Shown here piece by piece: positions 1 through 27,149 of a stretch of DNA of 64,000 nt (the first letter of the stretch is position 1; every line of letters begins with the position of its first letter). Where the stretch lies: assembly GCF_009914755.1 (NCBI RefSeq), contig NC_060925.1; one strand, written 5' to 3'. Origin of the DNA: the human T2T-CHM13v2.0 reference genome, Homo sapiens. The notes under the pieces are model-generated. The model was not told the DNA's origin and did no database searches. It saw only the letters and a program-made list of their open reading frames with translations. The position numbers and the translations under genes are program-made.

Positions 1-492
1 AAATCTTTCAGATTTTTTTCTGCTAGAATAATAAGCTAGAACTTCATGTTATGGGTAATAGGGAGTCAAGAAAGGATTTTCAGCAACGAAATGACATGAG
101 TTTGTGTCTTTGCTACATCACTGGTTTTGTAGAAGATAGAGCAGAGGGGAATGAAAGCGACACACTTAGACCAAGCAATAGGCTGCTGCCTAAATGGAGG
201 CCTGAATTAAGGTAATGATAGAATGGTAGACAAGAGTGTTTAAATAAATATTTAAGAGGTTAAATGAACAGAACTTTATTGATTGGGTAGGATGGATTAT
301 AAAGAGGGAAGAATTAGGCTTCAGTTATGAAGACATAAAAAATCAATTCAAAATTTTAAGTAAGGCAAATCAGAAAAAATACAATCACATGTGTTGACAG
401 ATGAGTATCTTTAAGGAAACAAGCTACTTTATTTGTTACAATCCACAGACAAGATTAACAACATTACTACAGTCTAGCCAAAAAAGACACGT

Positions 493-924
<432 letters not shown>

Positions 925-1029
925 TAAATATCCTAGTGATAGATCAAAAAATTCTATATTCATTCATAATTCCAAATATGTGTCTGACACTCTTCCTGAT
1001 GATATAAGGTGGTTGATTTGTTACAATGA

Positions 1030-1613
1030 TTTTTTTTTTTTTTTTTTTTGGCAGGTTCTGGCTCTGTCACTCAGGCTGGAGTGCAGTGGCGCGATCACAG
1101 CTCACTGTAAACTCTGCCGCCTGGGCTTAAGCCATCGTCCCACCTCAGGCTCCTGAGTATATGGGACCACAGGCACACGACACCATACTTAGCAAATTTT
1201 TTTTTTTTTTTTTTGAGATGGAGTTTTGCTCTTGTTGCCCAGACTGGAGTGCAGTGGGACGATCTCAGCTCACCTCAACCTCCGCCGCTTGCCTCAGCCT
1301 CCCAAGTAGCTGGGATTACAGGCATGCACTGCCATGCCTGGCTAATTTTGTATTTTTAGTAGAAACGGGGTTTCTCCATATTGGTCAGGCTGGTCTTGAA
1401 CTCATGACCTCAGGTGATCCACCTGCCTCGGCCTCCCAAAGTGCTGGCATTACAGGCGTGAGCCACCGCACCCGGCCTAATTTTTTAATTTTTTGTAGAG
1501 ACAGGGTTTCACCATGTTGCCTAGGCTGGTCTCAGACTCCTGAGCTTAAGTGATCTGCCCACCTTGGCCTCCCAAAGTGCTGAGATTACTGATGTGAGCC
1601 ACCGCACCTGGCC
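1030..1613 (-). mobile_element. Older Alu (J-like) with a younger AluS (~1197-1477) inserted in its A-rich linker
   Basis: Right monomer, complete second Alu, then left monomer, all antisense. Confidence 0.8.
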
Positions 1614-2611
1614 TGTTTGTTACATTGATCTTACTGTTGTGTGTCACTTCACATCGCAGCCCCCCTCTCAGGCTTATAATCTTATATTACAATCTTTACA
1701 CTGGTTTATAATCTTAACATTCAGTTGCGTTAGCTTGCCTACTGCACTCCAAAAGTATTTTCAGACAATGATCTCCCACTTGGCTTGTGTCAGATAATTT
1801 TACACTGTATTTCCATGAACAAATGTGCATGCAGATGCTTTTTTTTAATGCATATTTTGAGTCCCATAACATAGTGAGTCACTTTTAAAAATCCATGTCT
1901 TTTTTTTCTGTTGGTTATCTAAAATGGTTTTGCTTATTTGAAGAAGAAAATCTTATGGATCTCTCTATTTCGATTAATTCTGCAGTTCCATGATCAAGCA
2001 GAGGGGGAATGCCTGGCTCAGCAGTGGCCTCCAGAACTTGGCTGCAGCACTGTGGCCCTTCTAATTGGTCAGTGCTGGTGCCATTTTGGTTGTTAAATGT
2101 TTTTAGTATCACTCTTGCTTATTCTCATGGTTCAGGATCTTCTCCACAGAATTTTGCTTTAGCAAGCAGAGGTTTATCTTAAATGGTTGTTTTATTATTA
2201 GATTATTTCAGTGATAATCTTTTTTAAAAAACCTTCAGACTTTTTCACCCATAAATAAGCTGTGGTTATTACTAAAACTTTGACCCTATTTGACAGTGGA
2301 GTAAGGTGAGTAACATCTACTTGTGAGAGAAATATAAAATTTCATCTAGTAAATTTTTTCAATCAGAGAATCAAATGGTTCTGCAATACAGAAGCATTTT
2401 ACTTATGTTACTCCACTGAAATTCCTGGGCCAGATAAGCATTCAGATGTTTTGGTAAAACTGTCAAACTCATCTTCCCACTCACTTTTTTATACTTGATA
2501 ATCCATTTATTATCTAGAAATTCGGGCTGTAAAATAACTAACTGTTCATAGTACAGATTCCCTGGTGGCTATACACACCATTTAAGAAAAGCTTTAAAAA
2601 TTGACTTATTT

Positions 2612-3621
<1,010 letters not shown>

Positions 3622-3675
3622 TTACTGTTTGTACTAGCTAATATGATATTTTAAATGCTTCCTTTTTTCCTGCAG

Positions 3676-3833
3676 GTATTCTTGGCGTTACCAACTGAGA
3701 GAATTTAAAAGTGAATATCGAGTTGTAGCACTGGATTTGAGAGGTTATGGAGAAACAGATGCTCCCATTCATCGACAGAATTATAAATTGGATTGTCTAA
3801 TTACAGATATAAAGGATATTTTAGATTCTTTAG
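3676..3833 (+). CDS. EPHX4: EPHX4 internal coding exon (first in window)
   Basis: Acceptor ttttttcctgcAG, donor GTaggt. Translates (W)YSWRYQLREFKSEYRVVALDLRGYGETDAPIHRQNYKLDCLITDIKDILDSL(G), with the epoxide-hydrolase DLRGYG motif. 158 nt, phase matches the next exon. Confidence 0.95.
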
Positions 3834-4082
3834 GTAGGTTAGTTTGAAACAAAACAACTCTTTTTAAGGGACAAACATTCAACAAATTGTGAATCAATGA
3901 CTTCTTTTCTTGGGAGGATGCATATTCCATCTACCCAAATTATCTGGATCCTGTCACTATGGTTTCAGTTAGTCAGCCCAAAATATCTGTACAGGAAATT
4001 TAAAATGATGCATCTAGAGCAACTATTCTGTCTACCAGCCAAGAATGACTTTTCAGATTTGTTTTTAAACATAGACCTAATG

Positions 4083-4326
4083 GCCCGGGTGCTGTGGCTT
4101 GCGCCTATAATCCCAGCACTTTGAGAGGCTGAGGCGGGCAGATCACCTGAGGTCAGAGTTTAAGACCAGCCTGACCAACATGTTGAAACCCTGTCTCTAC
4201 TAAAAATACAAAAATTAGCCAGGCGTGAACCCAGGAGATGGAGGTTGCAGTGAGCTAAGATCGTGCCGTTGCACTCCAACCTGGGCAACAAGAATGAGAC
4301 TCTGTTTAAAAAAAAAAAAAAAAAAA
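4083..4326 (+). mobile_element. AluS with internal deletion in the right monomer
   Basis: attagccaggcgtg joins directly to aacccagg; poly(A) tail present. Confidence 0.8.
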
Positions 4327-4462
4327 ATAGACCTAATGTATGCTGTTTATTATTTTGAGAAATAATTATTGAAAAGTTTATACTTAGAAAGTTTATTTCT
4401 TTAGAACACACACCTAAATATTCATTTTAAAATGTTATACAGATGCACTTGCATTATTTCTG

Positions 4463-4900
4463 TTGTATCAATCAGTTAGAACCACATAATATTGTGGAAC
4501 AAACCACCCCAGATTCGGTGGCATAGGGTCATAACCATTTTTTCCTGTGCTCATGGATCTGCAGGTTAACCGTAGGCTGGACTCCTCTGGTCTTTGCCTC
4601 AGGCTGCAGGTCCAGCTGGGACTGGCTTCTCTCTGTGAGTTGGGCTGGAGCCCAAGCTAAAAGGGAGTGGCTGCCTGAGGGAAGCTTTTTTCCTGGCGAT
4701 GGTAGAGGGTGAGCCCAGGTGCACAAGCTTAAGTTTCTACCGGCAGCCCATTAGTCAAAGCAAGTCATATGGTGGAGCCCAAAGTCAAGCTACATAGCCA
4801 CCACGAGACCAAAGCAAATCACATGGCCAAGTCTAAAATCAAAGGGGCAGCAAGTAGACTACTGTGACAGCAGGGAGAAGGGGAAAGTAAATATTTTTTA
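4463..4900. mobile_element. MaLR (MLT1-type) LTR remnant
   Basis: MLT1-like motifs: aacaaaccacccca, gctcatggatctgcagg, caaagcaagtcatatgg. Confidence 0.6.
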
Positions 4901-5814
4901 ACAATAATCCAATCTATTAATACTATATCCCTTTTGACTGAAACCAAGCTGCTACCATCAGTATGTTAATGGAAGCAATATAGTGAGAAATACCATGAAA
5001 TCAAAGGCACTTTCTACAGTAATCTAATGAGAGCATGGATCAGGCCAATATTTTTAGGGGAAAAAAAATGAATGGGGTCTGGGGGTGTCACATACAATAT
5101 TGTCATTTAGTCTGATTACAGTAAAAGAGACTCAGACACTGATTTTGAACAATTATATTTCAAATTTTGTGATAATTCAGTCAGACCTGGCCTAAATTTG
5201 TCATCATGAAATTTTTAGGCAAATAATTAATATAAACAAGATTTATGCATGTGTGTTTATGTCTACGTGTGTGTATTAGTATAGTAGTGAGGAGTGATGG
5301 TGAGAATTACTTCCTTGAAAGAATTAAGCAATTTTAAGTACTCCAGGAATAAATTACAAATGAATTTTATGCATCCATACAATGGAAATCCTGTAGGAAT
5401 CTCTATTAATCAACATTTTAACGTACTTTAAATTAACCGAGTGATTACATGAAATGAAACTGGTGCAAAATTGGTGCTATAATTAAGACTTTCCATTACT
5501 TCAGTTTGACTTCACAGTTCCAAATTAGTGACAGATTTTCTGTGTTGAATTGTACATAGGATTTGTGAAGTTAGGGAAGAGATAGATGCTTCCTGGAAAT
5601 AAAGATTTATGAGGTTGGACATAGATGAGACATTTATAATTTTACTATAACTAGAAATTTCTGAGCATTCAAAAAAAAACCAAATAATCTTACTTTTGAC
5701 TTCATTATGTGCAGTCTTTACCATGGTTTCCAAACTCAGGTCCATGGGACCAGAGCTGAGCAACATAAGCTATTTCAGATGTTTCTTTTGTTTCTTTTGT
5801 ACCCCCCCACACTT

Positions 5815-6136
5815 TTTTTCTTTTTTAGAAACAGAGTCTCGGTCTCGCTCTGTCACCCAGGCTGGAATGCAGTGGCATGATCATGGCTCACTGCAGCCTT
5901 GAAGTCCTGGGCTCAAGGGATCCTCCCACTCCAGGCTCTACAGTTGCTTGTACTACAGGTGGACACCACCACACCTGGATAATTTCTTTATTTTTTTGTA
6001 GAGACGGCTGGGTGTGTGTGTTGGGGGGAGGTCTTGCTATGTTGCCCAGGCTGGTCTCGAACTCCTGGCCTCAAGCAATCCTCCTGCTTTGGCCTCACAA
6101 GTGTTGAGATTATAGGTGTGAGTCACCACACCGGCC
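5815..6136 (-). mobile_element. AluJ (within a MER5-like DNA element)
   Basis: Antisense Alu; flanks resemble MER5 ends (ggtttccaaact ... tttggaaccactg). Confidence 0.75.
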
Positions 6137-6384
6137 TATTTCAGATTTTTTTTTTTTTAATATGGATTCCTGGGAGAGATTCTCAATCTATAGGTTTAGA
6201 GTGGAGCTATATAGGTGATGTACAGACAAGTTTTGGAACCACTGAATTCAATATCTGCACAAAGTGCATAATTAGGATAAGATAATGAAAAGAGGTACTT
6301 CAGAAGTATAACTATTTTATGTGAGGTAACAGTGCACCCACCTGTTTCTTTTTAATGATGTCAACATTTATTTCTTGTTTACAG

Positions 6385-6513
6385 GGTATAGCAAATGTGT
6401 TCTTATTGGCCATGACTGGGGGGGCATGATTGCTTGGCTAATTGCCATCTGTTATCCTGAAATGGTGATGAAGCTTATTGTTATTAACTTCCCTCATCCA
6501 AATGTATTTACAG
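6385..6513 (+). CDS. EPHX4: EPHX4 coding exon with catalytic nucleophile
   Basis: Acceptor tttcttgtttacAG, donor GTgagt. Translates (G)YSKCVLIGHDWGGMIAWLIAICYPEMVMKLIVINFPHPNVFT(E), with the GHDWGG nucleophile elbow. 129 nt. Confidence 0.96.
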
Positions 6514-6880
6514 GTGAGTTCAAGTTTTTATCAAAACAGTTCTGCTAATGTGACAATTCACTCTTGCCACTGACCTTTTGGATTAGAAACAGCAAAATTT
6601 GGTTACTATCATATTTTAAAATTAAATGACTAAACCATGATAGCACATGACAGTGTCAGATACCTTGGTTTTCAATCTTCCTGGGGAATCTAAGAAAATT
6701 TAGCTTTATACTTGCTTACATAATTTTATTCCTTCAAAAAAAGATTTTACTGTTAACTTGGGGAGGGATAAAGGGAAACATACAATGACATTGCTTTGAC
6801 AGTAATGAATCCTGACAGCCTAGAAATAAATTCTCCTTTTGCTTGACTGCTTTGGCTGTCAGGAATAGCAGTATTCTTTA

Positions 6881-8756
<1,876 letters not shown>

Positions 8757-9569
8757 CTTTAAAGGCAACTCTTAAAAACTTAATAGTGATTAAAGACCTG
8801 TGAACCATGGCCGGGCACATTTTTATTTGGTTTTGGCAAAAATTAATAATTTTGTATTCTTTACTCTTGTTAAGTTTTCTGAGGTTCAAGTACTACTACT
8901 ACCCACAGCAGGACTCTAGGAAATAAAAAATTCAGAACCACATATTTCTATTTCTTCCTAAAAATTAAACAGGTAAGGAAGAAAGGGACCATGACTATGT
9001 AAATATATAAGTCAATGTAAGTGTTGAGTTGAATTTTAGATACATATCCAACTGACCTATCACTTGGTATAGTGAGGTATAGTGGGATGGATGCTTAGGA
9101 TTCAAATGTCCTGAGAGTCACTGTATTTTTCTAGTTTGAATTCAACAGCAGAAGTCATGCTACATGCTCGTTCAATTGATCAGGACCCAAGAGTAAATCT
9201 TATTTTGGTGGTGGTGCTATATGGACAAACTGTAGCTGGTGATTTCAGCAAGAAAATACTTGGAATATTTCTGGAATTATTTTATCAATAATTGTTTCTG
9301 CCCTGTCAGGTCAATATGAGGCTTTCAAATAACTTGCCTATATTTTTCCCCTAATTGTATTGTTATCTCTTAATGCAGGGGTGAATAAATCTTGTTAAAT
9401 TATGACTTTGCAAAAACTATAGTATAACAATGGTATACTTATCTGAAAATTATACTTCTAAAAACTCCATGTTGAATATAGTTATGAAATGGGAAATAAG
9501 AAAAAATGACTTTTAGAGTAAGGAAAATAAGATTGCATAGTACTCAAGCATAGACTTTTTTTCCCATTT

Positions 9570-9854
9570 TTTTAGAGACAGGATCTCATTTAGGATCTCA
9601 TTTTGTCCCCCATACTGGAGTGCAGTGGCATAATCATAGTGCACTGAAGCCTTGACCTCAAGGCTGGGCTCAAGTGATCCTCCCACCTCAGCCTCCCAAG
9701 TAGCTGGGACTACAGGCTTACACCACTGTTTTTTTTGTAGAGACAGTATCTTGCTATGTTGCCCAGGCTGGTCTCAAACCCTTGGCTTCAAGCAGTTTTC
9801 CTCCCTCAGCCTCTCACAGCACTGGGATTACAGGCATGAGCCACCATGCCTGGC
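9570..9854 (-). mobile_element. AluJ
   Basis: Antisense Alu consensus. Confidence 0.85.
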
Positions 9855-9939
9855 TTTACACACTTTTTTATTATATATGAATATATATGTATATATATTT
9901 ATATATAAACTCACCAGTTTAAAACTTTAGTGTCTTCCC

Positions 9940-10415
9940 AAAGCACTTAAAATAAAATCTTATTATTCTGGTCCTACATGATCAGGCTTCTGCTTTTCTT
10001 TCTGACTCATCATATACCATCTTCCTCTCATTCATTATACACCAGCAACAAAGGCCTTTCTGCATCTGGAATGTACCAAGCCCAGGATCTACTTGCTGTT
10101 CCTGGATGTTCTCCGTAGATCTTTGCACAGCTGACTCCCTGTAACCATTCAGGATTCAGCAAACATCACATCCCAGAGAGGCCTTCTTGACTACTTCTAC
10201 TATGTAGCAGTCCCTCCACTCCACCCTACCATCACTGTTAATCAGATTGCCTTCTTTTATTTTCTTTATGGTATTATTGCTCTCTAAAGTGATCTTGTAA
10301 GCATTTGGACTTATTTATTGTGTAAGTTCATTGTTTGTGGGAACCTTTTCTGTCTTGTTCACTGCTAAATCCCTTGGCACACAGTAGATAGTCAAATATT
10401 CATTGAATGAATGAG
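9940..10415 (+). mobile_element. L2 3' end
   Basis: Ends gcacacagtagatagtcaaatattcattgaatgaatga, a typical L2 terminus. Confidence 0.7.
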
Positions 10416-10669
10416 TTTTCTAGATACATCAATGAATTTATAGGAAAAACTTCAGTTCCTTTTGAGGCCAGATGAACAAGGCATTCAATTTGAATCAACT
10501 TGTAAGGAAAATCTTTTAAACAACCGAAAATTACATCACCATGTATTCCTAGGAAAAGTGGTAGGTCACTGATAATGACCTTGGAGGAAAAGCAGCGTTG
10601 TTTGGGCTTCCTGTTCCCTTTTGAGTCAAGATTTCATAAAGTGAAACCTTTTTATTTAAAGTGGTATAA

Positions 10670-11079
<410 letters not shown>

Positions 11080-11169
11080 TTAAAGTAAAATTGTCCTAAA
11101 AAGAAGTTCTTCTAACAGTAAGTAATTTATACCCCTTGGATAAGGTCTAACATGGCATTTTAATTTCAG

Positions 11170-11273
11170 AATATATTTTACGACACCCTGCTCAGCTGTT
11201 GAAATCCAGTTATTATTACTTCTTCCAAATACCATGGTTCCCAGAATTTATGTTCTCAATAAATGATTTCAAG
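11170..11273 (+). CDS. EPHX4: EPHX4 coding exon (cap domain)
   Basis: Acceptor tttaatttcAG, donor GTaagc. Translates (E)YILRHPAQLLKSSYYYFFQIPWFPEFMFSINDFK. 104 nt, phase-compatible with flanking exons. Confidence 0.94.
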
Positions 11274-11625
11274 GTAAGCCAAACAAATCAAACAAATAAT
11301 GTATTATTATTATTATTAATGAAAAATATTTTAAAGTCCACGTTTAAGAAGAATAATGAAAAATGAAAGGAAATTATTATAACTTAAATGGTTTTAAGAA
11401 CTTAACTATAGTCTTGCTTATTTTCATAGTCTCTGTTTATGTATTTAAATACCTGGCTGTTCTTCAAATTTTTGTAAGACTGTGCCCCTATGGGCATACC
11501 CCTTCTTAGAGAACGTCTCATAGGGAGATGAGGGAATACAAATATCAGGTTTAATAGCAGCAGAAGTAGAAGACTTCGGGGTTAAAAAAAAAAAGCCCTA
11601 AACAAAGTAAACATTCAGATATTAG

Positions 11626-12025
<400 letters not shown>

Positions 12026-13362
12026 TGAGGATTTTTAAAAGGTATAATATAATTTTACCTGTAAATAATTATGTGTATAACTGTGATGGGATAAGAACTT
12101 AAAAAAAAAAAAACCCAATGCCACTATCAAACCTAACAGAATAAATGACAACTCCTTAATATCATTTAATACCCATTCAAATTTCATTAACTGTCATAAC
12201 TGTCTTGATATACTTCATTTGTTTGAATCAGGAACCAAAGTCTATACCTTGTATTTAGTTGTTATGGCTTTTAAAATGTATACTAGTGCCTTCTTTCTTT
12301 TTTTTCTAATTTTTTTTTAATATCACTTATTTATTGAAGAAATTTGCCCTGAGGAAAGATCCATATTTTGGATTTGGCTGATTGCTTCATCATGGTGGTA
12401 TTTAACTTGTTCCTCTAACCCTTGTTTTTCCTACTTCATAGGTATTGGTGATCTAGAGGCTTGATTAAATTTTAATTTGAAAAGGATACTTAATAGGTGG
12501 TGCTGTGTATTTCCTAACGCATCCCATCAGGGAAATGCATGATACCTACTTGGTCCAGTTTTACTAATGCTAACAGTGATCAGTGGGCTCATGAGTTGTC
12601 AGCCTATCCAAAATTTCCTAACATCCTTCCACCAAATTAATTTTAGTATACATTAGTGATCATAGCCTAGGCCCATTATTTCATTAGGGTATGAAAAATG
12701 GTTATTTTCTAATTTTATAATTCTTTCTGCTTTTAATTGAAATTCTGCTGTAAAGAATTTTTCCACATCTACTATTTATTCTGAAATATAGTTCACACAA
12801 GAATGGCAGGATATATGCTCATTCTTTTTCTTTTTACAAACAACTTTTAGAGTAATGAATATATATTTGATATATATCAGTCAGTTAGAGACATTATTCT
12901 TTTGGATGCCCAAATTATCCCACAATAGGCATCAAATGAGGCATCCTTTCAGGTTGGCTTTTGTGGCTTTTTGACATAATCCCTTTAGTCAGTGATAGCT
13001 TGCCTCCTCAATGCCCTGGGCTTATCTTTTATTTCCTGCCCAGAAGGGGAATTAGTCATTTATCCAAGGAACTCTTGAGCTGGGCCTTGTAGAATATGAA
13101 TAGGCACCAAGAAGACAGGATGCTTTTTATAAAAATGCAGTGTGCAGGGGGGATTAGAAGGGAAGAATATAGAAAAAATAAAGCCAGGAAAGCAGAAATG
13201 CATAGAATATATATGTATAAACAATGAGATCTCAAACTTGGCTAGAGCAGAAATTAGGAGTTGTCACCACACAATGACCACCATCCCCTTTCCAAAGCCA
13301 AAGACTTAGCTTATTATTAGATAACAAAAAAGTTTTAATTATTGTTTTCTCACTTAAATTAG

Positions 13363-13511
13363 GTTTTGAAACATCTGTTTACCAGTCACAGCACTGGCAT
13401 TGGAAGAAAAGGATGCCAATTAACAACAGAGGATCTTGAAGCTTATATTTATGTCTTTTCTCAGCCTGGAGCATTAAGTGGCCCAATTAACCATTACCGA
13501 AATATCTTCAG
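13363..13511 (+). CDS. EPHX4: EPHX4 coding exon
   Basis: Acceptor ttttctcacttaaattAG, donor GTaagt. Translates VLKHLFTSHSTGIGRKGCQLTTEDLEAYIYVFSQPGALSGPINHYRNIF(S), with the NxYRN lid-tyrosine motif. 149 nt. Confidence 0.94.
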
Positions 13512-13809
13512 GTAAGTATAATTTCTTTTTAGTTAAATAAAAATATTTCAGTCTGATCCTACAGGGACAATATTTTATTTTTAAGGTTAAGTTCACCACT
13601 TATCCAAAGACTCAAATAAGGTATTTTAATTTTTTTAGTAAGTTGCATAATCTTTTTATGGACAATTTCAAACATATGGAAAAGTAGACAGAGTAATATA
13701 ACAAATCCTTCATGTAGCTGTCACTTGTTTTATCCATAACTCTATCAACTTATTCTCTCCTTTTAGATTATTTGGAATAGATGTATATTTTTAGTTCTTT
13801 TTAAATGAT

Positions 13810-14860
13810 GATTTATTTATTCAAGAAATATTTATTAACCACTATGTTCTGGGCTGTGTTAGTTACTCAGAACATAGTAATAAGCAAAACTAGATAAGGT
13901 CTCTGATCTCACAAAACTTGTAGCCTAATAGGGAAAACAGACATTAAGCAAATAACCACAGTAATGAGTGAATAGTTATAAACTAACAGAAAGGCTTTGA
14001 AAGAAAGAGATGAGAACTGAGGAAATAATGTTAGACCAAAGAAGTGAAGGATGAGTTAGGTATTGACTAAACAAGATTGGGGACAGGGGGACAGGCATTC
14101 CAGAAAAAGGAAACAGCAGGTACCAAAGCCCTGTGGGAAGATGGAGGAGGGTTGTAGCTTCAAGCAACAGAATTAGGGCTTCTTGGCTGGAGCACAGAAA
14201 GTAAGGGTAAGAAGAGCATTATGAGGCTGGGTCCAAGAGGTGGGTAAGTAGACCATATGAAGGATGTAAAAGCCATGAATGCGAAGCCAGTGAATGAGAA
14301 TCTCAAGCAGAAAAGAAAAACAACCTACATGTGTATTTGAATAAGTTCAGTGTGGTCATAGTGCAGAGAATGTATTAGAGAATTTTCAGAGTAAATGTGG
14401 GAAAACTGCAGCAGTCCAGGCTAGAGATGATGGTAACTTTAACAACTAGTCTGAAAACAGTGGAGATGGAGAGAGTGGGCAGATTTCAGAGACACTTAAG
14501 AGGTAAAATTGACAGGGGTTGGCAATGGGTTGGAGGGGGAATGAGAAGAGAGATATCAAATATGGCTCCTGGATTTCTGGCATGTGCAGCAGTATGGATA
14601 AGCATGCCATTTACTGAGAGAGGAAACGCTAGAACAGGGCTAGTTTTTATGGGAAAGTCATGAATTTTATTGATCTTAGGCTAGTTGACTTTTGGGTGAT
14701 ACCTTAGATATTCAAATACACCGTTGGGTAGTAGGGTCTGGAACTCAGAGGAGAGAATCTGGGATGAAGATATATAAGATCTGGGAGTCACTGACGTAGA
14801 GACAAGCTTTGGTTTTAGAACATATTGTCTGGGGAGAAAGTATAGAGTGAAAGATAAGAC
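13810..14860 (-). mobile_element. L2 fragment
   Basis: Starts with the antisense L2 tail (atttattcaagaaatatttattaacc); purine-rich L2 body follows. Confidence 0.7.
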
Positions 14861-14899
14861 ATGGATATTTGTCAGTTTGGGTCTGTACTTAGGGAAAAA

Positions 14900-21480
<6,581 letters not shown>

Positions 21481-21489
21481 AGAATAGGT

Positions 21490-23478
<1,989 letters not shown>

Positions 23479-23907
23479 TCATAGTGATGAATTTCCTATT
23501 TAACTTACAGCTTTTATTATACATTTTACTAGCCTCATCCAATTTAAATTTTACTGGGTCTTTTCTTAAATAGCCTTTTAAATATTTTATAGTAAATGTT
23601 GATTACTTAATGCATTGTTTCTCAATCACTTTTTCATTATCACTTTCCTAAGGAGCCTTTTTAGACTTTTTTTTCCCTAATCACCCCCACCCTGTGAAAT
23701 TTTAGTATCTGTTTATGTACTGTATGTATATCCATGCTTTATATATGCAAAGGGTAAGATTTTTTTCACCCTCCCAAGAACACAATTTTCACCCTTTTAG
23801 AGGCAAGATTGCTCACTTCAAGAATGTATGACCTACTGGGGCACTATAGGAAAATGTCATTTTAACTTTGACAGTGAATCTCAAGCCCATGTATTTTGTT
23901 TTTATAG

Positions 23908-24139
23908 CTGCCTGCCTCTCAAACATCACATGGTGACCACTCCAACACTACTACTGTGGGGAGAGAATGACGCATTCATGGAGGTTGAGATGGCTGAAGT
24001 CACAAAGATTTATGTTAAAAACTATTTCAGGCTAACTATTTTGTCAGAAGCCAGTCATTGGCTTCAGCAAGACCAACCTGACATAGTGAACAAATTGATA
24101 TGGACATTTCTAAAAGAAGAAACAAGAAAAAAAGATTGA
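23908..24139 (+). CDS. EPHX4: EPHX4 last coding exon
   Basis: Acceptor ttttgtttttatAG. Translates (S)CLPLKHHMVTTPTLLLWGENDAF...EASHWLQQDQPDIVNKLIWTFLKEETRKKD*, with WGEND (acid) and SHWLQQD (catalytic His) motifs. TGA ends at 24139. Confidence 0.95.
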
Positions 24140-24256
24140 CTTTTCTTTATCTTCTATGAAGGGTCTGTAATGAAATCTCTAAATAATTTTTAAAAATTGT
24201 TCATCAACTTCTTTATGTTTTATTAGAAAAAAACTGTTTTAATGTGCTTTATCATA

Positions 24257-24262
24257 AATAAA
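24257..24262 (+). terminator. Candidate EPHX4 polyadenylation signal AATAAA
   Basis: First canonical AATAAA ~120 nt after the stop codon. ATTAAA variants also occur at 24469, 24562 and 24682. Confidence 0.55.
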
Positions 24263-24697
24263 TATCCTGACAAATGGTATTGAAAAAAATCTGAGATCAT
24301 GTGAACATATAATACAATGTTGATTTTCTTCTGGTGTATTTTGCACAGACAAGCATCTGCCTTAAAATATATACACTTGTACAAAAAGGAAGTTTGGAGT
24401 AAGTGCTTCCATTTTGGTTTCTTGCTTTTTTTTACTCTGTTAACATATGGTGCCTTTTACAAATGTATATTAAAGATTAGCTGTGCCATATTATAAGGCA
24501 AACCTGAAATAATATAAATTTTCATTCTATTGTTCAAAAATTCTTTTTACTATTTTTAACCATTAAAAAGTTATATTATCGAATCTCTTTGGATTTATAG
24601 TATATCTATTAGTTTGAAGGCAAATATAGCTAAATGAATATGCATTTTTAAAATGGGCCATATACTATTTATACTGGGAACATTAAACCATTTTTTA

Positions 24698-25075
<378 letters not shown>

Positions 25076-25204
25076 TTACACATCTTATATGCACTAGAAT
25101 CTAAGCTCCACAGGGCAGGGATTTTTTTGTTGTTTTATTAACTGATACATATTCAAGTCTAGACTAAGGGCCTGGCATATTGTAGGCACTCAAACATTTG
25201 CTTA

Positions 25205-25651
<447 letters not shown>

Positions 25652-27149
25652 TTAAATAAAGGTTCAAGAGTAGAAATGAACATTATAAGTAAGAGTTGAA
25701 AAGAGTTACAGAATAGAGAACAATACCAACTCAGGGGACTACTACTCATTCTTTTGGGTTGTTCCCCTTTAACATGGGAGGCAACCAGTAACACTGCCAA
25801 ATCACATCACAGAACAAATAAGCCCTAAATTGGTGAAAGGATTGCTTCCCTCATTAAGCATAGTTCTGATCGTGACAGAACAAAGGAGAATGTCCCTAAG
25901 AATTCTCATTACTGTATCACAGCAAGTTGTATTTACAACAAAAATCCAATTCTCTATACAACACATTGCTTCGTAACAACATGCAAGGTAGGTATCACCA
26001 ATTTATAAATAGTAAAAATGTGATTTAACGTGTAACTTTGCCAATGCCCATAGTGTAAGTTCTGGAGCTAGGATCTGACCTAGAGCCATCTGGTGGTAAA
26101 GCCCATGATCCCACTTACACCAGATACCATTTAGCAGACTTGTGGTATCCACGCCACTCTTCCTGTTTCAGCAGTAATCTGGTGTGTTTCAATAGATGGC
26201 CATATCTCTCAGGAACCTACAATTTGACTTTTAATTTTGGGAGGGAAAAGGAATTCAAATTAGCCATTAGTAAACATAGGAATATTCTATAGAGCATTGT
26301 CAGAGTTGCAAATGCCACAAGGTATAGAAAAATCCTGGTTCATACCAACTTGTTGCTTCCCTCTTGATCCCTCCAGAAGGGCAGCAACAAGGGAAAGAAT
26401 GGGACGTGTTGACACAGTAAAGTAATCCTGACTTATTTTAATAAAAACCTGTTACTGACAAAGGTGATTTTAAGATTTGTTGTTGTTGCTACTTATGTCA
26501 GTTTAGGAAGCTGACAAGTTCATGTGGACTAATTTTAAGAATTTATCAATCAAACATTCCATGGGCAATTCCGGCCTATTACAATGAATGTACTCTAATT
26601 TTTAATAGATATGGAAAAGTACTTGTAACAGATATAAAGCCTCAAGGGTGCCATCTTGAGTTAAACCTCTTAGGATAAACAGTTATTACTATCTCTGTAG
26701 AAATCTATTGGTAGGGCAAGTAAGTGAATTTGATTTACTAGCTGCCAAAGCAGCTCACAGTAAATAAAAACAGGTAATGGCACCTAAATTAAAAGTTGTA
26801 ATTATTAATAATATTCATCTATTCAAATTAATATATCCCTAGTAGTATATAATATATGCCTAATTTAACATCAGAAATTGCTATGTGAAAATAATTTATT
26901 AGGCATATGTCAAAAGCAAGATGTTTGCAAAAAAAGAAAGAAAGAATGTGCTGTTGATATGATTCAAATTCTCCTGTTACATCATTTACCATCTTTGATT
27001 TTTCTGATTTTAAAGGTAATGCAGCATTTTCTATTAACCTACAATTTCCTCTAACAGTTCTAATTATGTGCAAACAGAAAAAGCAGTTGGATGTGGGGAA
27101 GGGTGCATGTCAAAGGCTGCCCCCAAATCCAGGCTACACACAGCCTGGG

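Noticed and set aside
23828-23907. 5' part of ORF 23828-24139
   Set aside because: Intronic; the exon starts after the polypyrimidine tract and AG at 23907, in phase with the previous exon.
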